A DNA stretch of 64,000 bases from Leptolyngbyaceae cyanobacterium (GTDB lineage: Bacteria > Cyanobacteriota > Cyanobacteriia > Phormidesmidales > Phormidesmidaceae): contig CBDHHL010000056.1 in the NCBI GenBank assembly GCA_965263355.1, positions 832,001-896,000 of the forward strand. The letters run 5' to 3'. The position numbers and the translations under genes are program-made. Shown in pieces: positions 50,241-62,300 of this stretch (the stretch's first letter is position 1; every line of letters begins with the position of its first letter). The notes below the pieces were generated by a model. It made no database searches. It had not been told where the DNA came from and saw only the letters and a program-made list of their open reading frames with translations.

Positions 50241-52202
50241 TTAAGTTGGATAATCTCCAACAATCATCCTATAAAAGTCATTATTTTTCCCAAGTTCAAT
50301 GGCTCCTTCATATGACAAGTGCCCAGCATCTCTATATAATAGGGCTGAATCAAGGTGGGTTTGACATCGCAATGAATTGCATGTCAGTTTATCGACACGG
50401 ACAACACGATAATTATCCTTGATAATATCTAACAAATCATAGGCTCTTAAGCGACTAAATCGCATCTCATCCACAGCGAAATCGCACGCATCTAAGTCTA
50501 TTCCCATCCATGCGGCGTGTTCTAAGCAGTGACCTAAATCATTGCCATTGGAAGCTGGGGGAGAAAAGACGACAGGAGTGATTCCCATTATTTCTAGCTC
50601 ATTAAGTGTATTGGTTAACTCTTTGAGAGCAATCTGAAAACCAGCATTCAAAAACTCTCCATTGCGAGACAGAAGGGTACTATTTTCTGATAAAAATCTA
50701 TTATCTAAAGGGGAGGATAGTACGGCATACTTAACTGTATTGTTTGTTTTTAACCAGTCACGAACTTTGCCGGAAAAATCAAGGCATCCTTCAGACCAGC
50801 TGATAGTCTGGTCCGGTGGCTCGAAAGATGCAATATCAAAAAAAGGAGAACAGACTCTTTTAGTCATCTGAATGATTTTTGCATCGGGATTAGATGCCAT
50901 AATCGCTGGCACTAAATGCATTGCAAACGAGTCTCCCCAAACGACAATTTCTGGCTGATCACTTGTCCTACAATCAGGCGACAGTGTGAAAGAATTGTCA
51001 CAAACATTACTCAATCCGGAACTGAGTTCTCGATTGTTTACCATGGCTTGATTAGAGGGCCCCCTATGGGTGATTCGGGCACTGAACCCACCCGTAATGT
51101 CGCCAGCCCACCCTAACAAAGCCAACAGTAACAGTCCAGCGATCGCCAATGAAGTCACTATTTTTGTTTCTACACTTTTTCTAAATGGCGTTTCTACATA
51201 CTTCCAGCTCAAATAGGCGAGGGGAAATAGCAGTACAACCAATCCAGCTAACAGTAAACTATTAGGCTCAGTTAAACTTCGATGCCTAGCAAACGCAAAA
51301 ATAGAATGATGCCAAAGATACAAACTATAGCTAATTAAACCAATCCCGACCAATATGTTCGTTCCGAGCAATTGACCAACTAAGGTCTCTGATGAAGAAA
51401 ATAAAATAATAAGCCCTGCTCCGACCGTTGGTATTAAAGCATGGAAACTAGGAAACGGAGTAGCATGATTAAACGCATAGATCGAATATCCAATCATCAG
51501 TAGACCAATCAAGCTTATGACTTCATTGATAGCTCTACGATCAAATAGAAGAGTAAATCTGGATCTTCCATATAAAAGCAAAAATGCAATAATTGCACCA
51601 ATGGCAAACTCCCAGGCTCTTGTTGGCAGAATGAAGAAGTTTGCTGAAGGATGGTGAAATGCTTCCCACTGTGATAGACCTAGACTTGTAAGCGCGATGA
51701 GCATCAAGGACGTAAATATCCAACGCTTCTGTAAGCGCCACATTAGAAGTAGAAACAGTGGAAAGAGAAGATAGTATTGTTCTTCAATGGCTAAACTCCA
51801 AGTATGTAAAAGTGGCTTAAATTCATTGCTTGTTTCCCAATATCCTGTTTCTTGCCAGAAAAAAATATTTGAAGCAAATATAGAAACTGCTATCAGGCTA
51901 CGGGAAAAGGCTTTCATGTCCCATTCTGGTAGCCAAAACCAGGCAAAAATTAGGGAAGCAAGCGTTACTAAGAATAGTGCAGGGAAAATACGCCTGATCC
52001 GTCGCTCATAGAAGTTGAGTAAGGAAAACGTGCCCTGCTCTTTCTCAGTAAAAATTATGGTTGTAATCAGATAACCACTGATAACAAAAAAGACATCTAC
52101 TCCAATAAATCCACCTCTAAAATACTGACATCCTGCATGAAACAAAATTACCGAAATCACCGAAATAGCTCTAAGGCCATCAATTTCAGGACGATATTTC
52201 AT
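50241..52202 (-). CDS. Acyltransferase-3 + SGNH domain O-acyltransferase (OafA-like)
   Basis: YRPEIDGLRA, GVDVFFVISGY, HTWSLAIEEQYY, GDSFA, DAGH. Confidence 0.92.
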   Translation of the reverse strand: MKYRPEIDGLRAISVISVILFHAGCQYFRGGFIGVDVFFVISGYLITTIIFTEKEQGTFSLLNFYERRIRRIFPALFLVTLASLIFAWFWLPEWDMKAFSRSLIAVSIFASNIFFWQETGYWETSNEFKPLLHTWSLAIEEQYYLLFPLFLLLMWRLQKRWIFTSLMLIALTSLGLSQWEAFHHPSANFFILPTRAWEFAIGAIIAFLLLYGRSRFTLLFDRRAINEVISLIGLLMIGYSIYAFNHATPFPSFHALIPTVGAGLIILFSSSETLVGQLLGTNILVGIGLISYSLYLWHHSIFAFARHRSLTEPNSLLLAGLVVLLFPLAYLSWKYVETPFRKSVETKIVTSLAIAGLLLLALLGWAGDITGGFSARITHRGPSNQAMVNNRELSSGLSNVCDNSFTLSPDCRTSDQPEIVVWGDSFAMHLVPAIMASNPDAKIIQMTKRVCSPFFDIASFEPPDQTISWSEGCLDFSGKVRDWLKTNNTVKYAVLSSPLDNRFLSENSTLLSRNGEFLNAGFQIALKELTNTLNELEIMGITPVVFSPPASNGNDLGHCLEHAAWMGIDLDACDFAVDEMRFSRLRAYDLLDIIKDNYRVVRVDKLTCNSLRCQTHLDSALLYRDAGHLSYEGAIELGKNNDFYRMIVGDYPT

Positions 52203-52359
52203 TTTTTACGCATCAGTAATGGTGAAGTTTATAAATTATAGATTTCTTATCACTAAACTTAGTTGAAAAAACTTCAATATATTGTAGCCCTGAGCACGAT
52301 ATTTTCTGTCTCCATCCCTAATTAACATGCATTTTTATCAACCTGAGAATAAGTGCAAC

Positions 52360-53256
52360 CTATTTCCTCACACTCATCCTCTTAATACCCATCTTCTTAG
52401 ATACCGGTAAGTTCATTTCTGGAATATATTTCCGCATTACGGCATCCAATGCAGTGTCACGCCCTAAAGTCAATTGATAGTAAGTAGATACAGCATCAAC
52501 ATTAGAGTGATTAATGAAGTTTTCCGTTAAGGATATGCCAGCTTCCAAATTTCTTACCTGGTGCCACCATGAGCTGGGAGTAAATACTACATCACCAGAT
52601 TCCTGAATACAGCTATACCCCATTGCTTTTTTGAACTTGGGATAGAGAGTAGCGTTCACATTAAAGCCATCAACTGGACTATTGTAACGATTCACTGGGT
52701 AAAGATTTTCAGTCTCATCGCCTGAGTAAAATAGCCAAGCTTTTTTTCCACTCAAAACAGCATTCCAAGCAGACGTATCTAATACATCACGATGCATCGG
52801 TGAACCAGTATTTTTTGCACCAATATACATCCAGCGTAGAAAGTAATCGTAATCTTTTCTCTTAAGAAGATGTGCAGGGATACGCCTTATCCAGTTTTCA
52901 AAATAATCTGGAATATCATAATCATTGATCAGTTCAGGGTAATCAGAGGCAAACCGCCAGGCAGATAAATAATAAGGACGCTCATCTGTAGTAGTTTGCA
53001 TATACTCCAAGTAATCAGAGAGTGTAAAAATTTTCTCTTCTAGCTTGGGCACATGTATCCTAGCAATAACTTGAACCTTACCATAGGTTTGGATAAACTC
53101 TGGACTTGTCCATTTTTTATAAGCAACCCATTCCTTCGCAATTCCTCGTAGTAATACAGGTTTACCCTTTAAAACATACTGCTCCATGACTGTTTGATAG
53201 TCTGGATTGTCTAAAATATCGACAGGCTGTAAGTTATCGTTTGGAGCTACATTCAT
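52360..53256 (-). CDS. JmjC/cupin-like Fe(II)/2-oxoglutarate dioxygenase, paralog of 47769-48641
   Basis: PMHRD...SGKKAW...PSSWWHQVRNLEAGISLTENF. Confidence 0.9.
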   Translation of the reverse strand: MNVAPNDNLQPVDILDNPDYQTVMEQYVLKGKPVLLRGIAKEWVAYKKWTSPEFIQTYGKVQVIARIHVPKLEEKIFTLSDYLEYMQTTTDERPYYLSAWRFASDYPELINDYDIPDYFENWIRRIPAHLLKRKDYDYFLRWMYIGAKNTGSPMHRDVLDTSAWNAVLSGKKAWLFYSGDETENLYPVNRYNSPVDGFNVNATLYPKFKKAMGYSCIQESGDVVFTPSSWWHQVRNLEAGISLTENFINHSNVDAVSTYYQLTLGRDTALDAVMRKYIPEMNLPVSKKMGIKRMSVRK

Positions 53257-53337
53257 AATAAGTGACGGGGCAAAGGAAAAACTGAGGAAGCGAGACGATT
53301 TGGTTTGAGAAATTCTTGCGCTATTACTTGAGAATAA

Positions 53338-56300
53338 TCAATTGAGGTAGGCTTGGAGCTGTTGTGCTAAAACTTTTACATGCTGAGGATCACGCATCAT
53401 AGACATGTGGTCTCCAGGTACCCAATCAAAGGTGACTTGCTGAGCTAAATCATGCCAACCCAATGTTGGGTCATCGGCCTGGTTGGCAACACCATCCTTA
53501 GCTTGCAGTAGGACTAATTCTCCGGAATAAGGTTGTGGGACATAGGTTTGTGCGGCTTGTTCATGTCCGGTTTGAACTTGAACAATACAATTTAATTGTT
53601 CTACCCCAAAGCCTGGGCTCAAGGAGATATTACGTCGCTCGGCTTCCGAGATAATGTAGGTGAGCTGATCTTCCCAGCTCATCGTGCGTAAGTGGCGATT
53701 TAACCCATTGAGTTCATCGGAGGGCAACGCAAGGTGACGACCGACGAGTTCAGCTAACAGGTCAGTCGCATCAGGAATTTGATCAACCGCCATCAAGGAG
53801 TTCACATCCATAAAAATCAGACGAGGCGGTTGTTCGCCATTACGCGTTAGTTGCTGAGCCATTTCCCAGGCAATGGTTCCTCCCAAACACCAACCCGCTA
53901 GATGGTAAGGGCCTTCAGGTTGAACTGTTTTGATCACTTGAAGGTAGTCCTTAGCCATGGTCTCAATGCTATTGTCGGCGGGTTGACCGGGTTCAAAACC
54001 GCGTGCTTCTAAACCATAGATGGGACGGTCCTGGCCCAGGTACGAGACGAGCTTTTGATAGTTCAAAACACTGCCACCACCAGGATGGATCAGGAACAGC
54101 GGTGGCAAGGTTCCCTGGGGTTGTAATGGTGTGAGCGGTGACCAAGTTGGGGGCTCACTACCCTGTTGGATGGTTTGCTGCAATAGCATGGCCTGCTGTT
54201 CAATGGTTGCTCCCTGGAATAGGGTCACCAGGGGTAGGGTATGCCCAAGCTTCTCGTGGATACGGGACATTAACGATACGGCCAGGAGAGAATGGCCTCC
54301 GAGATCAAAGAAGTCGTCTACGATGCCGATGGATTCTACCTTGAGTACCTCAGACCAAATCTGGCTGAGCTGTAACTCTAAATGGTTGCGGGGTGCAACA
54401 AATAGCCGATCGGATGGAGGCTGATATTCTGGAGCGGGTAGAGCCTTGCGGTTGATTTTGCCGTTAGGGGTTAATGGTAAGGCATCCAAATATACGAAGG
54501 CATTTGGCACCATGTAGTCTGGTAGTTGTTCTTTGAGAAACTCTCGTAGGGAGATCGGGGAAATATCTTCATTAGAGGTCACTACGTAGACCACTAACTG
54601 CTTATTGCTGGGGTCATCGGCTCGGACGATTGCGATCGCTTCCCGCACCTGAGGATGTTTCTGAAGTGTAGCTTCCAGTTCACCCAGTTCAATCCGGAAC
54701 CCTCGCAGCTTAACCTGTTGGTCACGACGTCCCAAGAATTCTACATTGCCATCTGCTTGATAACGGGCCAGATCGCCAGTGCAGTATAACCGTCCTGGGC
54801 CAAAGGGATTGCGGATAAACTTCTCAGCCGTCAGCTGAGGACGATGTAAATACCCCAGACTCAGACCCGCGCCCCCAATATATAGGTCTCCAGTCACGCC
54901 CACGGGCACGGGCTGCATGGCCGGATCGAGAACATATAGCTGGGTATTGGCAAAGGGCCGACCAATGGGAACGGCCACATCGGCAGCATTATCATCTCCC
55001 TGGAGTTCAAAATAACAGCTATCAATAGTTGCTTCGGTAACGCCGTAGGAATTGATCAATCGCGTTTGCTCGCCACAGATGCGGCGGAACTTCTGGTATT
55101 CAGCCATGGACCAGAAATCAGAGCCCACCACTAAAACCCTCATAAAATTAAGGTTTTGGTGGCTGTTTTCCAGGTAGTTAGCCAGTTGTCTAAAGACAGC
55201 GGGGACAAATTCTGCACAGTCCACAGCTTCTCGGCAGATCAGACTGTAAAGCTGTTCGGCATCCAGCAGAATTTCCCGAGGACAGAGCACCAGCTTGGCA
55301 CCGGAACAGAGGGCTCGTACCCAATCTCCAGTAAATACATCAAAGGAGAAGCTGGCCATTTGTAAATGGCTGGAAGTACGCTGCTTGAGCTGGTACGCAT
55401 CTTCCCAGGCAAAATAGGCGTTTACCAAGCTGCGATGAGCCACCGCCACCCCCTTGGGTTGGCCCGTTGAGCCAGAGGTGTAGATGACATAGGCACGGCT
55501 ATCTTGGGCCACGGGTGCCACGGGATTCCCCACGGGGGCATGGACAATATCTTGATGGGTATCTAAACAAATCACCTGGGCATCCTGCTGCGGCAGACGA
55601 TCTAGACCAGATTTTTGCGTAATCAACACCGAGACAGCGGCATCCTGCAGCATGTAAGCAATACGTTCCTGGGGATACCGAATGTCCAGGGGAAGGTAGG
55701 CCGCGCCCACTTTGAGAATGGCTAAGAGACTGACAAGTAGTGCTGGAGAACGTTCCAGATAGATACCCACCAGGGTGTCGCTACCGACACCCTGGGCCTG
55801 AAGAGTATGGGCTAGCTGATTAGCTTGGGCATTTAACGCCTGATAGGTTAGCGTGTCCCCATTAAAAACAACGGCAATGGCATCTGGCTGGCGTTCAACC
55901 TGTTGTTCAAACAGTTGGTGAATACACAAATCTTGGGCATAGGTGACCTGGGTGTCGTTCCATGACACCAGGACTTGCTGCCGTTCCGCCTGACTGAGCA
56001 AGGGTAGCTGGGTAACCTGTAACTGGGGCTGAGCTAAAATTCCAGCTAGAAGAATTTGGAAATGGCGGGTTAGGCGCTCAATAGTGTCTGGCTTGAATAA
56101 ATCGGTACTGTATTCCCAAATGCCTTCAATGCCAGCCTCACTTTCTGTCATGGTGAGGGTGAGGTCAAACATCGCCGTGACAGTTTCAGGCTCCAGGGTG
56201 GTCATGGTGAGACCAGGCAACTCTAAGGCCGCATTGGATGAGCTGTGCCAGTCAAACATCACCTGAAACAGGGGAGAATGGCTCAGATTACGATCGGGTT

Positions 56301-59300
56301 GTACCGCCTCGACAACTTGCTCAAAGGGAACATCCTGATGGCTGTACCCCCCTAAGGCTGACTGCCGCACTTGTTCCAGGAGGTCTGTAAAGGTGAGACT
56401 GTCGGTGAGCTGAGATCGCAACGCTAGCGTATTGACAAAAAAGCCAATCAACCCTTCAATTTCAGACCGGTTACGGTTAGCAATGGGGGTGCCCACGACA
56501 ATGTCATCTTGACCACTGTAGCGATGCAATAACAGACTAAAGGCCGCAAACAGCACCATAAATAGAGTTGTTCCTGTGGTCTGAGCCAGTCGTTTGAGCT
56601 GTGGACATAGCTCTGGGGAAAGAACAAATGTTTGCTGTTGTCCCCGATAGGTTTGCTGAGCCGGTCGAGGATAGTCTGTGGGTAACTCCAATAGAGCAGG
56701 TGCATCGGTTAGATAGTCCTGCCAGTAGGCCAGTTGCCGTTGTAGTACATCGCCCTGCAACCACTGGCGCTGCCAATGGGCAAAATCTCTATATTGAAGC
56801 GTTAACCCTGGCAATGGTGACGATTGCCCCTGGGTAAAGGCACTATAAAGTGTTGTTAGCTCCTGAATCAGGATGCCCATGGACCATTCGTCGGCCACAA
56901 TGTGGTGCATCGTGGCTAACAGAATATGGTCCTCAGCCGCAACCTTTAACAAAACGGTTCGTAGCAGCGGAGCCTTGGCCAGATCAAAGGGGGTGTGGGC
57001 ATTCTCCGCTAGCTGCTGCTGAATACGACGCGTCTGTTCATTGACCTCCACTGTCTGTAGGTCAACCAGCTCCAGGTCGAGGGACACCGCTGGCTCAATC
57101 CACTGCATCGGTGTCCCCCCATGATTGCGAAAATAGGTCCGCAATATTTCGTGACGTTGCACCAGTTCATCTAGGGCCTGCCCCAGCGATGGGATATCCA
57201 ACGGTCCCTGGAGTTGAATGGCCAGGGGCATGTTATACGTCGAATTGGGACCCTCTAGCTGATCTAAAAACCACAATCGTTCCTGGGCCCAGCTGAGGGG
57301 CAGTGGCTGGTCAGCGACATGCGGAATCGGAACAATGGGAGGGGCGACCTGTTCTTGATCGCCGGTTAAAGTGTCGTGAATTAAGGTGGCTAGTTCTGCA
57401 GGGGTGGGGGCTTCGAATAGGGCACGGAGAGGAATTTCAGTCTGAAACGTCTGCCGTAGTCTAGAAACAACCTGAGTTGCCAAAAGAGAATGTCCACCCA
57501 ATTCAAAGAAACTATCATAAGCACCCACCAATGGTGCCTGAGTATCCTGGCTAAGAACGATGGCAAAACTATCTGCAATTGCCTGCTCAATGGGAGTCCT
57601 TGGAACCACCATATCTGCCGTCTGACTTACGTCTACCGTGGGGGTTGGCAAAGCACGGCGATCGACTTTGCCATTGGGTGTCAGCGGTAATTTTTCTAAG
57701 AATGTAAAGGCTGAAGGCACCATATGGGCCGGTAAGGTCTGCTTCAAAAACTGTCGCAGGTCCTTCGCAGAGAGGGCAGGCTCGGTTGGCACCACATAGG
57801 CTGCCAGATAGCTGGACCCTGGCTGATCGTCCCGAGCCACAACAATGGCACCACTGACTTGGGGATGGCCTAATAGGACTGCCTCTAGCTCTCCCAACTC
57901 AATCCGGAAGCCCCGAATTTTGACCTGATTATCTGAGCGGCCTAAAAATTCAATATTGCCATCCGCTCGGTAGCAGGCTAAATCCCCGGTCTTATATAAA
58001 CGCCCTTCACCAAACGGATTGGGAATAAACCGTTCTGCGGTGAGATCATCACGGTGTAAATATCCACGGGCTAAGCCTGCTCCACCAATATGCAGTTCGC
58101 CCACAACCCCCAAGGGCACAGGCTGCGCCCGTTGATCCAACACGTGTAATTGGATATTAGAGAACGGACGACCAATGGGCACCGCCATGTCCTGGGGCCA
58201 TGCCATGGCAGTATCCCCCGGTGCTTCAAAGTAGCAACTGTCAATAGTTGCTTCTGTGACACCATAGGAATTGATCAAACGGGTTTGAGGTCCACAAATT
58301 TGCCGGAATCGCTGATATTCCCCCATCAGCCAGAAATCAGACGCCACTACCAAAACAGTCATAAAGTCCAGGGTCTGTTCTGTAGTATCTAGATAACTCA
58401 CCAGTTCTCTAAATACAGCGGGGACAAACTCTGCACAATCCACAGCTTCCCGACACATAAGCTGATACAAGAGCGCAGATTCCAGCAAAATTTCCCGAGG
58501 ACACAGCACAAGCTTTGCCCCAGAGCAAAGGGCCCGTACCCAGTCTCCGGTAAATACATCAAAGGAGAAACTGGCCATCTGTAAATGACTGGATGTCTGC
58601 TCCCTCAAATGATACGCCGCTTCCCAGGCAAAGTAAGCGTTGACCAGACTACGATGAGCAACCGCAACCCCCTTTGGTTGACCGGTGGAGCCCGAGGTGT
58701 AAATAACGTAGGCCAGATTATCCTTAGTTGTTGATAGGCTGAGATTCTCAGCAGGATGCTCCAAGCGCTGCTGGTTATCATCGATTAACAGAACAGGGGC
58801 ATTAGCGTGAGTTACAGACGCGGGGAGCGCATCTAAACAAGATCGCTGACTAATTAGGACGGTTACTCCTGCATTCTCCAGCATGTAAGCAATGCGCTCT
58901 TTGGGATAGCTGCTTTCCAGAGGCAAGTAAGCTCCCCCCGCTTTTAGGACGGCCAAAACACTGATGAGCAAATCGGGGGAACGCTCCAGGCAAATACCCA
59001 CCATGGCATCGGGGCCAACCCCAACGGATTGAAGTTCATGGGCTAACTGGTTTGCTTGCTGATTTAATTGTTGATAGGTTAACGTTCTCTCCCCTGAAAC
59101 TAGCGCGATGGCCTCGGGGGTGCGCTCAACCTGTTGTTCAAACAGCTGATGGATACCCTCTGTTGGCGAATAGCTGAGGGTGGTGTCGTTCCAGCTGATA
59201 AACTGTTGCCGTTCCGCATCCGTAAGCAATGGAAACTGGCTGATATTGGCGGTGGGGTTGGCTAAAATGCCTGCCAACAGGGTCTCAAAATGTTGGGTTA

Positions 59301-62300
59301 AACGAATAATTGTGGCTTGTTCAAACAGGTCGGTATTGTACTCCCAAATACCCACTATCTTTGCGTCTTCCTCAACCATGGTGAGGGTCAGGTCGAACTT
59401 AGAGGTGACATCATTGGTATGTACAAAGTTCATCGTCAACCCTAATACATCCATGGATCTATTCGCAGCGCTTTCCCAATCAAACATCACCTGGAAGAGC
59501 GGCGAGTAGCTCAGGTTACGTTCCGGTCGTAGGGCTTCTACCACTTGCTCAAAGGGAACATCCTGATGACCATAGCTACCCAGAGCGCCTTGGCGAATTT
59601 GTTCCAAGATATCTAGGAAGGAAAGATTGTTGGAGAATTGCGATCGCAACACCAACGTATTAACAAAAAAGCCAATTAATTGTTCAACCTCTGTGCGATT
59701 ACGATTCGCAATGGGGGTCCCAACCGCAATATCCTCCTGACCGCTATATCGATGGAGTAAGAGGCTAAACGTAGCAAGCATTACCATAAATGGCGTTGCG
59801 CCCGTTGACTCTGCCAGTTGCTTGAAAGGCTGTATCAACTCCTGAGCCAGAGTGAACTGATAGGTTTGTCCCCGATAGGTTTGCACCGCTGGTCGGGGGT
59901 GATCCGTAGGTAGTTCTAGCAGGGGGGGCAAATCGGCCAAATAGTCACGCCAATAGTCCAACTGCTGTTGTAAAACCTCATCTCGCAACCACTGCCGTTG
60001 CCACTGGGCAAAGTCCGCATACTGAATGGTTAATGGCGGTAGGGGGGAGGGTTGACCCTGGGCAAAGGCTCGATAAAGGGTCTGTAACTCCCGAATAATG
60101 ATCTCATCAGACCATGCGTCGGACACAATATGGTGTCGAATAATCAACAGAAGATAGGCTTCAGGCGCTTGCTGCACAAGTCTTACCCGTATTAGCGGCG
60201 GTGCTGACAAGTCAAAAGGCGTTTGATTTTCCTCAGTAATCTGCTGCTGGAGCCGCGTTTCTAACTCAGTAGGGGATACCCCTTGCAGATCCACGAACTG
60301 TAACTGAAATGGAACGGTTGGCAGAATAACTTGTATGGGAGAAGCACTATCCTCGGATTGAAAGCAGGTACGCAGCACTTCATGGCGCTGAATAATTTCC
60401 TCAAACGCCTGGTTGAGTGAATCCACATCCAGAGGACCTTGAACCTGTAAAGCCGTGGACATGTTGTATGTGGTACTGGGACCCTCAAGTTGATTTAGGA
60501 ACCATAGACGCTCCTGTGCCCAACTTAGGGGTACGGGGGTATCTGCATCTCTCGGAATCGGAACAATTGGCGGTGCGGTTTCTACTAACTCCTCGGTTAG
60601 CACCTCGTCAATCAGCAAACTTAGCTCCATCACAGTGGGAGCCTCAAACAGGGTGCGTAGGGGAATCTCCAGTTGAAAGGCCTGTCTGAGCCTAGAAATT
60701 GCCTGGGTTGCCAGGAGAGAATTGCCGCCTAGTTCAAAAAAGTTTTGCTGGATGCTAACCGCATCAAAACCCAGAACATTCGCAAAGATATCAGCCGTTG
60801 TCTGTTCTGTTGGATTAGAGGGAGCTACAAAACTTACGTCGTTCTCAAGCTGCGTCGGTGGTAGTGGGAGGGCACGCTGATCAACTTTGCCATTGGGGGT
60901 GAGGGGCAACCCATCAAGCTGCACAAAGGCTGACGGCATCATGTAATTTGGCAGCTGGACCTTGAGAAAGTTGCGGAGATCGTTCGGATTAATCTGCTCG
61001 TCCGAACTAACGAAATAGGCAACCAATCGCTGGTTGCCGGGAGTATCTTCTCGAACAATGGCAACACTTTGTTGAATTCGAGGATAGGCCGATACAGCTG
61101 CCTCAATTTCCCCAAGTTCGATACGAAACCCCCGAATTTTGACTTGATTATCAATACGACCTAAAAATTCCAGATTCCCATCTGGAAGATAGCGAGCCAG
61201 ATCTCCAGTTTTGTAAAGACGCCCAGAATCAAAGGGATTATCAATAAATCGCTCGGCAGTTATGTCAGGGCGATTTAAATAACCGCGAGCCAACCCGGCA
61301 CCGCCCACATGAATTTCTCCAGTAACACCAATGGGTACGGGCTGTAACTGAGAGTTCAGTAGATAAACCTGAACATTACGAATCGGTTTACCAATTGAGA
61401 TTTCTTGTGCTTGAGTCGTGTCTGAATCAGGCGGTGTTAGAAAACAACTGGTAGCAACAATGGTCACTTCTGTGGGACCGTAATTATTAACCAACAGAGG
61501 GCGGTCTAATCCGTTCTGACTCCAACGATCAGCAATAGTCTTGTGCCACCGTCGCACATGTTCTAACCGTGCCTTTTCCCCGCCTAAAATCACTAGCCTT
61601 AGGAGCTTGGGGATCTCCCATACAGCCAGTGCTAATTCATCAACTAATTGATGCCAGTAGGCAGTAGGCAAATCTAGAATGCTTAGTTGCCACTGCTGGC
61701 AGGCTTGCATCAGTCCGGGACCAGACGTTAGGAATTCATCGGTGCGTAGAATCAGAGTGGCACCACAGGTCAGACCGGTATAGATTTCCTCTGCGGAGGC
61801 GTCAAAGCTGATGGAGGCAAATTGGAGAATACGGTCATTTTCATTGATGCCATATTCGGTACGTAGCGATTGGGAAATCTCTAGCAGGGCTCCATGGGGC
61901 GTCATTACCCCCTTGGGTTGTCCGGTTGAACCGGAGGTATAAATAATGTAAACGAGATTTTCCAGGCTTACTCCACTGGTGGGATTGTTGGTTGGTTGGG
62001 CTGCGATCGCAGCCCAATCTGTATCCAGACAAACAACCTGTGATTGATGGTCTGGCAAACCAGCTACCAATGATTCCTGAGTCACCAGCACAGATACAGC
62101 TGAATCAGAGAGGATATACGCCGAGCGCTCCCTGGGATAAGTTGGATCTAACGGCACATAAGCCCCACCGGCCTTAAGAATGCCAAAGATACCCACCATC
62201 ATATTGAGGGAGCGCTCAATAGAAATGCCCACCAGCACATCGGGCCCCACTCCCAAACCCCGTAAATGATGGGCCAGCTGATTCGCCAGACTGTTTAACT

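Larger units (their letters stand above)
2767..62010. repeat. Dispersed HIP1 octamers GCGATCGC (at least 18)
   Basis: Seen at 2767, 9891, 11300, 15981, 18350, 21215, 22125, 26775, 29291, 33870, 36213, 37966, 43417, 46712, 49600, 54632, 59640, 62003. Confidence 0.9.
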
